From Clostridia bacterium (GTDB lineage: Bacteria; Bacillota; Clostridia; JAAYHZ01), in contig JBMNIH010000011.1 of the NCBI GenBank assembly GCA_050950825.1, forward strand, positions 32,001-96,000: DNA of 64,000 nucleotides. Direction: 5' to 3'. The notes under the pieces are model-generated. The model was not told where the DNA came from. It saw nothing but the letters and a program-made list of their open reading frames with translations, and ran no database searches. This document shows, in pieces, positions 38,948-48,515 of the stretch. Each line of letters begins with the position of its first letter. Position 1 is the first letter of the stretch. The position numbers and the translations under genes are program-made.

Positions 38948-40456
38948 TTATGAATAGCGAACGGATATTTTCATATCCAATATTGCCATCTTCGACGGGG
39001 CTTTAATCGTGATAAGATTTTTTCCCTTGATCAAATAGGAAGGGTCGATTTCATGAACGGTATACAGGCCTTCCTCGTACCCCGGAGCCGTCAAAAATCC
39101 GTTGACATACGCCTTTTCCCCTTCCGCTTTGTCCTTCTTGCGGATGCAAAGATAGGCTTTCCCGCCCTTTTCCTTCACCGAATCTCCGACGTAAATATAC
39201 AGGGAGACAGCCTTTTGTTCGTCCGCCTCCAAGGGGTTGGCAGGGTTCAATACGGGTACGTTGAGAAACTCGTCGTAAGGGTAGTTTCCTCCCGCCGCCT
39301 TTCCCATGCCTCGGATGCTGATAAAATAGTCTTTGTCCAATTTTTCAAGCCTGCTCTCCTCCGAAATTTCTCCGGGAAGGGTAAAGCCGGCATCGACATA
39401 GCCTTTTACGTCTTTTCCGGTATAGTTGAAAAGAAAAACCCCGTCCGCTCCTTGGGAAAAAGCGTTCATTGCCCGGGCTCGGTAGCAAAGGAGAGAATCC
39501 CTTTCTCTTCTCGCCTCTTCGTCGGGTATTCGGTTTTCATCCAAGGAAGCGACGTATTTTACTCCGTATTTTTTCGCCAACAAGGCGCTGTAGAGAGGAT
39601 CGTTCATGGTGAAATACCCGCCGGTGAACAAAATGTCAACAAAGCCTTTTTTAAGCCACGCCTCGATGTCCAGTCCGATGGTTTTCGCATACTCTAAAGA
39701 ATCCGGCACTCGTACCGACAGCAGGATGGCTTTTTGCCTTTCTACGCTTCTTTCTACAATGCGTTTTTTGATCCGCTCCATCAAGGCGGTCATCCATTGG
39801 ATTTCTTCCTCGGTGGCGGGAAGACCCTGCGCCGTAGTAGAGAAAAAGACGGGATGCCGGAAAAAGTCCAAATGGACGCCGTCGATATCGTAGTTGTCGC
39901 ATACTTCCTCTACGAATTTATAGGCCAAATCGCGGATTTCCTCCACGGCATAGTCCACCGCCGTCCAAGCGCCGTAAAGCCGTTTTTTCACCCGGTTACC
40001 GATAAGCCGGTCCGGATGCTCCCTCTTGATTTTGTTATTCTCAAAGCAAGCGATGCTTCCGGGGTCGTTCCCCGCATCGTGGGTGTCGTTCATCCGCATA
40101 CCCCAAAACACTTCGATGCCGTGGCGATGACAAAAATCCGATATGATCTTCAAACAATCGGTCCCCTGCTCCACAAGCTTTTGGGTAATATTGTTTTTAT
40201 ATCGGTCGGCGGTTACGGTAAACAGCTGCCCGTGCTTGGTATTGAAGGTGAACTGGCCGAAGCCGGAGCTTCGCGTCACGTAAATTAAGGTATCCGTACC
40301 GCTGTTTACAAGCTTTGTCGTCCGCTGCTCAAGCAGCGCCTCCGCCGTGGCCTCCTTGCAATAGATGATATCGCCGCCGTCATTGTCGAAGATGACTCTC
40401 CGCCTTTTGTCCAAGGCTTCTTTTAAAAGCTCCTTGTAATCCTTCACAAATACCAC
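38948..40456 (-). CDS. Glycoside hydrolase-like (GHL10/DUF187-type) TIM-barrel protein
   Basis: IFDNDG, MRMNDTHD, DYAVEEIR, YDIDGVHLDFFR, GADGVFLFN. Confidence 0.72.
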   Translation of the reverse strand: MVFVKDYKELLKEALDKRRRVIFDNDGGDIIYCKEATAEALLEQRTTKLVNSGTDTLIYVTRSSGFGQFTFNTKHGQLFTVTADRYKNNITQKLVEQGTDCLKIISDFCHRHGIEVFWGMRMNDTHDAGNDPGSIACFENNKIKREHPDRLIGNRVKKRLYGAWTAVDYAVEEIRDLAYKFVEEVCDNYDIDGVHLDFFRHPVFFSTTAQGLPATEEEIQWMTALMERIKKRIVERSVERQKAILLSVRVPDSLEYAKTIGLDIEAWLKKGFVDILFTGGYFTMNDPLYSALLAKKYGVKYVASLDENRIPDEEARRERDSLLCYRARAMNAFSQGADGVFLFNYTGKDVKGYVDAGFTLPGEISEESRLEKLDKDYFISIRGMGKAAGGNYPYDEFLNVPVLNPANPLEADEQKAVSLYIYVGDSVKEKGGKAYLCIRKKDKAEGEKAYVNGFLTAPGYEEGLYTVHEIDPSYLIKGKNLITIKAPSKMAILDMKISVRYS

Positions 40457-40468
40457 CCCCTTTTATTT

Positions 40469-40515
40469 GAAAACAGAAAACCGCCCGGGAAGGACTTTCC
40501 CAAAAAGCGGTTTTC
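40469..40515 (-). terminator. Terminator-like stem-loop after the epimerase gene
   Basis: GAAAACCGC..GCGGTTTTC inverted repeat followed by TGTTT on the minus strand. Confidence 0.6.
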
Positions 40516-40527
40516 CTTGTTTATCCT

Positions 40528-41352
40528 TTATTCCGCAAGGTATTTTTCCAAAAGCGCCTTTGCTTTTTTAATGTCTTCGATTTGCTTTTCACCGGAGATT
40601 TCTCTTTCGATGGTGATGGCTCCGGTATAACCGATGCTTTTCAATTTCTTTATGAAAAGATCGTATCGAACCGAGCCTTCTCCTAAAGGCTTTTCTTTCC
40701 CCAACCGGTATCCGTCCGTAGGATATTCGCCGTCTTTTCCGTGGACGCCCAAAACGTAAGGACCTAAGATGTCCAATGCATCCACCGGATTGGCCTTCCC
40801 GTACATCAACAGGTTGGCGGGATCCAAATTGACGCCTACGTTGGGAAGCCCGATATCGTCGATGGTGCGCTTTAATGTAATCGGAGTTTCTTGCCCGGTT
40901 TCGAATAGGAAGTTTTGGTTTCTGCCCTTGTAATGCCGGACGATGTACTGCAGGGTGGCGATTAAGCTTCTGTAGTTTTCATCCGACGGGTTTTCGGGTA
41001 TATACCCTACGTGGGTGGCGATATCCTTCACCCCCAGCTTTAAGGCAAAATCCGAATGAGCCAGCATGGCATCCATTCTTTGATTTCGATACTCTTTCGG
41101 AACCAGCCCTAAGGTGATCGGTCCTTGGACAAAGTCCCATACCTTCGGACCCGGCCAACCGCCCCATAAAGCGGTAATCTCGATTTCGAATTCCTCCGAT
41201 GCTTTGGAAACCTCCCGTAAAGCATCATCGTCGATCACATTCAAATTCCAGATGGACAGCTGGCAGGTAGGAATGCCCAGTTCCTTGAGAGTTTTGAACT
41301 TCTCTCGGATATTCTTCTCGTAACCGATAATAACGCCAAGTTTCATGATCAT
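40528..41352 (-). CDS. Sugar phosphate isomerase/epimerase (AP endonuclease 2 TIM barrel)
   Basis: FETGQE, NLDPAN, HGKD, ITIERE metal motifs. Confidence 0.88.
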   Translation of the reverse strand: MIMKLGVIIGYEKNIREKFKTLKELGIPTCQLSIWNLNVIDDDALREVSKASEEFEIEITALWGGWPGPKVWDFVQGPITLGLVPKEYRNQRMDAMLAHSDFALKLGVKDIATHVGYIPENPSDENYRSLIATLQYIVRHYKGRNQNFLFETGQETPITLKRTIDDIGLPNVGVNLDPANLLMYGKANPVDALDILGPYVLGVHGKDGEYPTDGYRLGKEKPLGEGSVRYDLFIKKLKSIGYTGAITIEREISGEKQIEDIKKAKALLEKYLAE

Positions 41353-41434
41353 GACTCCTTGTCCTGTTTGTATTCCCTTTTCTTCCATTATACCGGTTGC
41401 TTATCCGGGTGTGTAGCATTCTTTTCATCCTTTG

Positions 41435-42151
41435 TCATATTGTCCATTGGTTATTGATAATGCCCGTTAAATACCATCCTCCCCGGTACTCTTGGAACAC
41501 CAAGCGTAAGCTTCTCCAATCCATACCGTCGTAGCCCGGATCGAAGCCGGAGAAATAGTATTCCACGATGATGGGATTTTCATAAACCTCGAATTGGTTT
41601 TCCATGGCGTTGCCGAAGCTTAGGACCGTATTGTAGCCGATCTTTTCGGCATTTAGAAAGTCGTGGGTGTATATGAACTTTTCATAATACTCCGAAGGGG
41701 TCAAAAGGATATCGTCTCCGGACCCGTCGTAATAGCCCCACAGGTAGGTCTTCTCGTCGTCAAAAAAGCTTTCGATTTGATCCTTGGTAAAAATAATATC
41801 TTTATCCTTCTCCACGTAGGTATACGGGGTGAAGCGGACTCCTTTTTCCGGGTGGACATAAGCCGCCCAGGTTTTTACGTCCTTTTCGGCAATGGCCTTT
41901 AAAACGGTATCGGATATTTCTTTTATGATTTCTTCCGCTTGCTCCGGAACGATATATCCTTCCTCGGTGTAGCGGTACTCTATAGCCTCGCTCTCTATAT
42001 TTTCGGTATTTTCCGGGCTTTCCGGGACGGTTTCTTGTTCTTCTTCTTTTTCCGTTTGAAGATTGGGGTCTTCAACGAAGCTTTCGGAGCATGCGGTAAA
42101 AAGCATTCCGATTACCACCGCCATTATCAAAAGCGTCATTTTCTTTCTCAT
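41435..42151 (-). CDS. Hypothetical lipoprotein
   Basis: Lipobox FTAC; conserved-looking VHPEKGVRFTPY..MDWRSLRLVF; GGAGGG RBS. Confidence 0.75.
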   Translation of the reverse strand: MRKKMTLLIMAVVIGMLFTACSESFVEDPNLQTEKEEEQETVPESPENTENIESEAIEYRYTEEGYIVPEQAEEIIKEISDTVLKAIAEKDVKTWAAYVHPEKGVRFTPYTYVEKDKDIIFTKDQIESFFDDEKTYLWGYYDGSGDDILLTPSEYYEKFIYTHDFLNAEKIGYNTVLSFGNAMENQFEVYENPIIVEYYFSGFDPGYDGMDWRSLRLVFQEYRGGWYLTGIINNQWTI

Positions 42152-42226
42152 CGTATTCCCTCCCTTTTGAAAAAATGAAAAGCGCTTGGATTTTTTATCG
42201 CTTTTCATTTTCTATTCTTTCATATT

Positions 42227-42254
42227 TAGACCGAAAAATCCCAAAAAGTGTTCC
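42227..42254 (-). promoter_or_regulatory. ECF-sigma-type promoter
   Basis: GGAAC-17 bp-GGTCTA on the minus strand, same spacing as the 11884-11911 site. Confidence 0.55.
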
Positions 42255-42273
42255 GGTAAGAGCAAGGAGGTGC

Positions 42274-44934
42274 TTACGATACGATTTTTAAGAATACCTC
42301 GGCAATTTCGGGATCGAATCGCGTTCCTCTGCCCTCCCGAATGACGCGAAGGGCTTTTTCTCGGCCTTCCGCGTTCCCTTTGTTTCGGTTGGCGATTCGG
42401 TCGTAGGTTTCCACTATGGATATGATTCGGGAGATCAGCGGTATGGCAAAGCCCTTAATTCCTTCGGGATAGCCTTTTCCGTCCCATCTTTCGTGGTGGT
42501 AATAGACGGCTTCCGCCAAATCCACCGTTTCGTCGAACAAATTGAGGATACGGTATCCCACAATGGAATGCCGCGTCATTTCCTCCGAATCCTCCGACTT
42601 TGCCTTCCAATCGGATAGGATGCTGCCGTCCATCGTGATCTTCCCGATATCATGAAGATACCCGGCTCGAGACAGCCTTCCGATTTCCGTATCCGACAAC
42701 TCCAGTGCTTCTCCCACTTTTTCGCAAAGCCGGCTTACGTTTTCGGAGTGTTCTTTTTCCTTCTTGCTTTTGGCATGGAGGGTTTCGATGATGGTATTGA
42801 TCATAACGGTGCCGGTCTCTTTCCGGTTCATGGATTTGTCCTTGTACATGGCGTTTTCCGCAGATGCGATGATTTCCTCGACGGACTGCTTTTCATCGGT
42901 TTTCGTTTCCACTCCCAAGGAGATGCTGCACTTTACGGCTTCAATACGGGCGGTTTTAAACCTTTCCCGAATTCTTCCCACCACCGTTTGGGCGTTTTCA
43001 TATCGGGTGTTAGGCAGCAAAATGATAAACTCGTCTCCGCCTACACGGGCGATAACGTCTCGTTTTCGGCAGGAGTGTATAAGGATTTCGGAGGACTTTC
43101 GAATCAAAGCGTCTCCCGCCGTGTGGCCGAAAATGTCGTTGGTCATTTTCAATCCGTTAATGTCGGCAAAAATCACCGACAACGGCAGATTGTCCTTATG
43201 GTCCAATGCCTTCAGGTGTTCTTGCAGGCTGTTGCGGTTGTACAATCCGGTCAGGGTATCGTGCTTGATCAAATATTCGATTTCCGCTTCTTTTTCTTTT
43301 CTTTGCGTAATATCGGAGAAGGTGATAACGGCCCCTACAACCTTCCCGTCCTTGATTTGAGGATGGGATCGGTATTCCACCTTCACCGGGGTACCGTCGG
43401 CTCGGATGAAGACCTCGTCGTCGGAGTAGGTGCCCGCTTTGTACTTCATGGAAGCCATGATCTTGCATTCCTCGATGGGGTAAGGGGTTCCGTCCGGTTT
43501 TTTGTAATGGATCAAAAGGTGCATATTCTTACCCAAAAGGTCTTCCTGGCTTCGGTATCCTAAAATTCGCAAACAGCTGACGTTGCAAAAGGTGCAGTTT
43601 CCTTCCAAGTCGTTTCCGTATATTCCTTCCTCCGTTGAGTCCAAGATCAGCTGCAGCCTTTCCTTGTTCTCCTTCATGGATTCGGCAATTTCGTTTAATT
43701 CTTTTGTTCTTACTTCCACCGTTGCTTCCAGGTTGTCAATGATGTTTTGCATGGTATCCGCCACCCGGTTAAAGCTTTGGGATATTCTGCCGATCTCGTC
43801 GTTCCGTATAATCGACACGCGTTTGGTCAAATCTCCCTTCGCAAAGGATTCGGAAACGTGGAGAAGGTGGCTGATGGATTTTAAGAACCGATCGGAAATC
43901 AAGGAGCTGACGACAATGGCCAGCAGCAGGGCAGCGGCGGCAAGAAGCAGCGTTATACGAACGTTTTTGGCCAAGGGACCCATCAAATGGGTTTCCGGAA
44001 TAGCCGTTAAGACCACCCATGTGGATTTTCCAATGGGCAATTCTTTCACGTTTACAAACAGATTTCCGCTGTCGATCAAATATTGAAAATTCGGTTTTCC
44101 CCCGGATATGTACTTTTCATAGACATTAACGACATCAAAATCGGTACCTTCGGACTTGGCGATGATCCCCATGGTATCCTTATCAAGCAAGACGGCATAT
44201 CCTTTGTATTCCATGGCGGATTCGTCAAGGAAGGTGTCGATGGAAGATAAAAGAACATGAACGCTCAAAACGCCTTCGAAGGATCCGTCTTCGCGGCGAA
44301 CGGGCTGAACGTAAGGCAGGCAAAGCTCCTTCATAAGGGAGTGTGTGTACACGGAGGCAAAAACGGGACCGTCGGCGTTTTTGCCGGTTATATACCATTC
44401 TTGTTTTCGGGGATCGTTGCGTTTAACTCGACGAGCAACCTCTTTTACCGTTAAATCCTCGTTGACGGAATAGTACCAGGCTTCGTCTTTTGTTTCCGCA
44501 TCGGCAATGATTACCTCCGTTCCTCCGCTTTCGCTTCTTCGAGCTCCGTAATAGTCGCCGTTTTCATTGCTGTAGACAAAGCTGTAGACTTCTTCGCTGT
44601 GGGCGTTTAAGGAACCGGCAAAGAAACGGTTCCTCTCCTGCGGAACGGAAAGATCAATAATATGATTCATGATGACATGCCGGTACATGTCGTTCATATG
44701 CTCCGGCGTATGTAGGAAAGAATGAACTTGGTTATATATATGTTCATTCATGTGTACCGCCATAAATTCCGTCATCTCTTGGACGGAACCGAACCAATTG
44801 GTAAAAATGATAATTCCAATCCCGCCAACAGCCACCAGTATGGAAGAGATGAACAGAATTAAAATCATGTTTCTTATGGATAAGTTTTTCTTAAGGTCTT
44901 TTGCTTCCATGCCATAAACCTTTCTATTCACCAA
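42274..44934 (-). CDS. Cache-HAMP-PAS-GGDEF-HD-GYP c-di-GMP enzyme
   Basis: DPR..WY Cache, DEIGRIS HAMP, PAS, RVGGDEF, HDIGK..HHERWDGKGYP. Confidence 0.9.
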   Translation of the reverse strand: MVNRKVYGMEAKDLKKNLSIRNMILILFISSILVAVGGIGIIIFTNWFGSVQEMTEFMAVHMNEHIYNQVHSFLHTPEHMNDMYRHVIMNHIIDLSVPQERNRFFAGSLNAHSEEVYSFVYSNENGDYYGARRSESGGTEVIIADAETKDEAWYYSVNEDLTVKEVARRVKRNDPRKQEWYITGKNADGPVFASVYTHSLMKELCLPYVQPVRREDGSFEGVLSVHVLLSSIDTFLDESAMEYKGYAVLLDKDTMGIIAKSEGTDFDVVNVYEKYISGGKPNFQYLIDSGNLFVNVKELPIGKSTWVVLTAIPETHLMGPLAKNVRITLLLAAAALLLAIVVSSLISDRFLKSISHLLHVSESFAKGDLTKRVSIIRNDEIGRISQSFNRVADTMQNIIDNLEATVEVRTKELNEIAESMKENKERLQLILDSTEEGIYGNDLEGNCTFCNVSCLRILGYRSQEDLLGKNMHLLIHYKKPDGTPYPIEECKIMASMKYKAGTYSDDEVFIRADGTPVKVEYRSHPQIKDGKVVGAVITFSDITQRKEKEAEIEYLIKHDTLTGLYNRNSLQEHLKALDHKDNLPLSVIFADINGLKMTNDIFGHTAGDALIRKSSEILIHSCRKRDVIARVGGDEFIILLPNTRYENAQTVVGRIRERFKTARIEAVKCSISLGVETKTDEKQSVEEIIASAENAMYKDKSMNRKETGTVMINTIIETLHAKSKKEKEHSENVSRLCEKVGEALELSDTEIGRLSRAGYLHDIGKITMDGSILSDWKAKSEDSEEMTRHSIVGYRILNLFDETVDLAEAVYYHHERWDGKGYPEGIKGFAIPLISRIISIVETYDRIANRNKGNAEGREKALRVIREGRGTRFDPEIAEVFLKIVS

Positions 44935-44935
44935 T

Positions 44936-47431
44936 TTAAACGCTGCATTCCGGCTGTTGTCTATGCCAATTTTTCATAAATTCGATTGCCTCTTGTTCGT
45001 ATAAAGGCTTGCTTATGAGGTAGCCTTGTATCATATCGCAGTGATTTTCATAAAGATATTGCTTTTGCTTTTCCACTTCCACGCCCTCCGCTACGACAAA
45101 GCAGTCCAGCTTGTGGGTCATGGATACAATATCTCCCGTAATGACTTTTTTCGGGTCCAGGTAGGAGATCTTATGTATGATGGACTTATCGATCTTTAAG
45201 CAGTCCACCTGCAATTCTCGGACTCGAATTAAGGAAGAGTATCCGGTGCCGAAATCGTCTACGGCCACCTTCATTCCCAAACTCTTCAGAGCTTTGATTT
45301 TTTTGTTGATTTCTCGGTAATTGTCCATATAGGTGGATTCGGTAATTTCGATCATGAGACGTGAAGGAGGAATGCTCGTTTGCTCCAGAAGCTCTATCAA
45401 GCTCGGGATGAATTCGTCTCTCAAAAGCTGAATGGCCGAAACGTTTACGGTTATTCCCGTCAAATCTCCTCCCGCTTCGTTGATTTTATTCAGAAAATGA
45501 AACGCCTTTGTGAAGATCAACTTCCCGATAGGCACGATCAATTTGGTTTCCTCCGCTACGGGGATGAACTCGTTAGGCGATACGGTGCCTAACTCGGGAC
45601 AAAAGATTCGCATCAACGCTTCAAAGAAAGCGATGCGTCCCGTTTTCACATCGATGATAGGCTGGTACACCAGAAAGAATCTTTCTTCGTCTCCTTGTGC
45701 AATGACATCCAAAACGTCCTTTATGGCCTCACGGCGTATCAAGGTCATTTCCATGTCTTCATCGAAGAATGCGTAGGAATAGCCTTGGTTGGAGCGATTT
45801 AGCGCTTCTTCCGAGGCAAACAGCACATTCTTTAACGCCGAATCATTATCTTGGTAAGGATCGACGATTTCCAAAATCCCCACCCCGATGTCCACACCTT
45901 CAATGAGCAATATGGGGCTTAAGGTTTTGAAAATGCGATCGCATAAATTCATCAAATCCTGCTTGCCTCTGTAGTCCTTCACGTAAAACAAAAACCGGCT
46001 GGAATGGGTTGAAAAAAGCATGCATTCTTCCGAACAAAGGGACGATAGCGCCTTTGCCACCTTCTGGGTAAGCTCCGTGCTGTAATTGTATCCGTAGGTA
46101 ATGGTAAGAAGATGGATTTTGCTTAAATTGATTTTGACCAAAGCTCTTTTGCCGGACCGCCCTTTGTCCGCCGTCAGCAATTCCTCCAAACGGTTTCGAT
46201 TGTACAAGCCGGTTACGTTATCGTGCTCGATGAGGTATTGGACCCGAAGCTCTTGTTCCTTTCGGTCGGAAATGTCAACCACAATTCCTTCTAAGGCTTC
46301 CACTTTGCCGTCCTGTCCGAAAATGCCTTGGCCCATTTCCCAGACCCATTTACGTTCTCCGTTTTTTGTAATGATTTCGTACTCCTGCTTAAAAGGGGTT
46401 TTGTTTTTGATCGCCTTGAGCCATTCGTTCCAGATTCTAACCCGGTATTCCGGGACGATCAGGTCGCTGAAGGACAGGTCCTTATTATTAATTAAATTTT
46501 CGCTTTTGTACCCGGTCACGTCATAGACTCCTTCGGAAACAAAGGTCATTGTGTATTCCGGGACGAACAAGCAGCGGTACGCCATCCCCGGCAGGTTCTT
46601 TAACAAAACGGATTTGCTGCGTTCGCTTTCGTAAAGCTCCGCCTCAAAGGCTTTTTGTTTCGTTATGTCTTGGACAATGCATATGTGGCTGTAGTCGGAA
46701 TGGTTATTTAGGTCCAAGCGAGCCGTCACCAGTTGAACCCACACAATGGATCCGTCCGGCTTGATATATCGTTTTTCCATGGTATAGCTGTCAACGAGAC
46801 CGGATTGCAATTGCTCCAGATGCAGGCCCTCCTGTACCACATCCTCCGGGTGGGTAATGCTTGTGATGGTGTTTTTTAAAAGCTCCCCCCTCGATCTTCC
46901 GGTAATTTTCTCGTAAACCGGATTCACCATGCTTAAGTAATAGCGATCCACGGTAATGGGAACATCGCTTTTCACGATGGCAATGCCTACGGGAGCCTGG
47001 TTTAAAATGGCTTCCAACGTCATATCGTGGGTCTTCATTAAATGGTCAAAATTACGCTGAATTTCCTGCAGCTGAAGAAGCATTCTCACTCTTAGCTTTA
47101 AGTTTTCCAAGCAATAGGGTCGGATGACGTATTCTACCGATTTTTTAAGACAGGGATCCTCTTCCTTGTAGTCTTCGTCAACAATGATAATGAATCGTAA
47201 GTGTTTATACTCTTCCATGTGCCTTACGGTGTATATAAACTGTCGTTCTTCTTCGGCAGGCACGGTAGGATGAAGGATCAAAAGATCGATATCGTGTCTT
47301 TCTTGTATTTTATTGAGTGCTTCCCGAGTGTTATGCGCTGTCAGAATAACGTAGTCACTTAACGCATATTGGATAGTCAAACGGTCCGCTGTCGTATTTC
47401 CCACCAATAGGATTGTATCCGGCATATGCAC
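44936..47431 (-). CDS. REC-like-PAS-PAS-degenerate GGDEF-EAL phosphodiesterase
   Basis: YQP, EALMR, EITE, DDFGTGYSS, AEGVE, QGY intact; GGDEF site reads HSSRF. Confidence 0.9.
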   Translation of the reverse strand: MHMPDTILLVGNTTADRLTIQYALSDYVILTAHNTREALNKIQERHDIDLLILHPTVPAEEERQFIYTVRHMEEYKHLRFIIIVDEDYKEEDPCLKKSVEYVIRPYCLENLKLRVRMLLQLQEIQRNFDHLMKTHDMTLEAILNQAPVGIAIVKSDVPITVDRYYLSMVNPVYEKITGRSRGELLKNTITSITHPEDVVQEGLHLEQLQSGLVDSYTMEKRYIKPDGSIVWVQLVTARLDLNNHSDYSHICIVQDITKQKAFEAELYESERSKSVLLKNLPGMAYRCLFVPEYTMTFVSEGVYDVTGYKSENLINNKDLSFSDLIVPEYRVRIWNEWLKAIKNKTPFKQEYEIITKNGERKWVWEMGQGIFGQDGKVEALEGIVVDISDRKEQELRVQYLIEHDNVTGLYNRNRLEELLTADKGRSGKRALVKINLSKIHLLTITYGYNYSTELTQKVAKALSSLCSEECMLFSTHSSRFLFYVKDYRGKQDLMNLCDRIFKTLSPILLIEGVDIGVGILEIVDPYQDNDSALKNVLFASEEALNRSNQGYSYAFFDEDMEMTLIRREAIKDVLDVIAQGDEERFFLVYQPIIDVKTGRIAFFEALMRIFCPELGTVSPNEFIPVAEETKLIVPIGKLIFTKAFHFLNKINEAGGDLTGITVNVSAIQLLRDEFIPSLIELLEQTSIPPSRLMIEITESTYMDNYREINKKIKALKSLGMKVAVDDFGTGYSSLIRVRELQVDCLKIDKSIIHKISYLDPKKVITGDIVSMTHKLDCFVVAEGVEVEKQKQYLYENHCDMIQGYLISKPLYEQEAIEFMKNWHRQQPECSV

Positions 47432-47622
47432 GTCTCCTGTTGCGAATCGAAGTTATGTAGCTTCCAAATAAACATTAACTTAATTTTACACGAACCGCAA
47501 TTGCTAGTAAATACCTAAAGCAAATTCTAACAATTATATTTACTTATTCCAATGTTTATCAAAATTTTTCAACTTTTTTCCCGATTCATCATCTTCCCTC
47601 TATTATATTATATTACCAACCC

Positions 47623-48234
47623 TCATATCCGGTTCCGGTCAAAATCCGTTCTCCTTTTCATCCCTCCTTTGCTTTTAAGCCTACAAATCAGCTGCGTCAT
47701 GGTTCCCATGGGGCAGTAGACGCACCAGCTGCGCGGTTTGAAAAAAATCATGGTGATAAGGCCTAAAACGGTAGATGTCAGCATGATGCTATAAAAACCG
47801 AATGCAAATTGGACGGCCCAATCGGGAAAAATCGACCCGCGATATGCCCAATGCCAAGGAACCTTAAATGTCCATAAAACGGTTACGACTTCTTTTAGGG
47901 AACGAGCATCCGAAAAAACAAGCCAAGTGTTCCACAGCATCAAGAAAAACATGGTCAAAAAAAAGATCAAAAACCCGTAGCGAAACCAAGGCTTTCTTAC
48001 GAATGGCGGAATGTCCTTTTTACGGGATAACCCCAATTTCCCGCCTATAAGGGAAAAAAGCCTGCCTCTTCCGCAGTAGCGATTGCAGTAGAGCTTCGTA
48101 CCGGTTACGATTGATAGGAAGAGGGGTATAAAGAAGCATAAAAGGCCGATCCAAGCAAACAAAATATTGAAAAAGCCGAGAATCAAATAGACAAGAGAAA
48201 AGATCCAAAGATAATCGTACCGGTGCTTTTTCAT
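47623..48234 (-). CDS. Membrane 4Fe-4S binding protein (NapH/polyferredoxin-like)
   Basis: YCNRYCGRG and RSWCVYCPMG motifs, TM helices; ATGA overlap at 48231-48234. Confidence 0.82.
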   Translation of the reverse strand: MKKHRYDYLWIFSLVYLILGFFNILFAWIGLLCFFIPLFLSIVTGTKLYCNRYCGRGRLFSLIGGKLGLSRKKDIPPFVRKPWFRYGFLIFFLTMFFLMLWNTWLVFSDARSLKEVVTVLWTFKVPWHWAYRGSIFPDWAVQFAFGFYSIMLTSTVLGLITMIFFKPRSWCVYCPMGTMTQLICRLKSKGGMKRRTDFDRNRI

Positions 48235-48443
48235 GCCGTCACCTCCGAGAGGGTAATGACGGATGCCGGGCATTCCTTTACACATTTCCCGCAGCCCATG
48301 CAAAAAGATTCGTCAACGGCGGCATAAAGGCCTTTGTATACGGTAATCGCATCATGAGGACAAACAAGGACACAGCAGCCGCATGCGGCGCATTCTTCCT
48401 TGTATACCTTCGCTTGCCGTTTTCGTTTTTTCACTTGCTTCAT
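48231..48443 (-). CDS. 2x[4Fe-4S] ferredoxin
   Basis: CAACGCCVLVCP and CMGCGKCVKECP. Confidence 0.9.
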   Translation of the reverse strand: MKQVKKRKRQAKVYKEECAACGCCVLVCPHDAITVYKGLYAAVDESFCMGCGKCVKECPASVITLSEVTA

Positions 48444-48515
48444 TATTCGACTCCTTTTTCGTAATGTTTTTCAAAGCAAGTGTAACGAAAAGGCGTCGTT
48501 TTTACCGTGACTTTG

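Noticed and set aside
4540-43563. Long antisense ORFs (for example 4540-5283, 6025-6990, 32837-33922, 34856-35680, 42652-43563)
   Set aside because: They shadow well-supported genes on the opposite strand and carry no recognisable motifs
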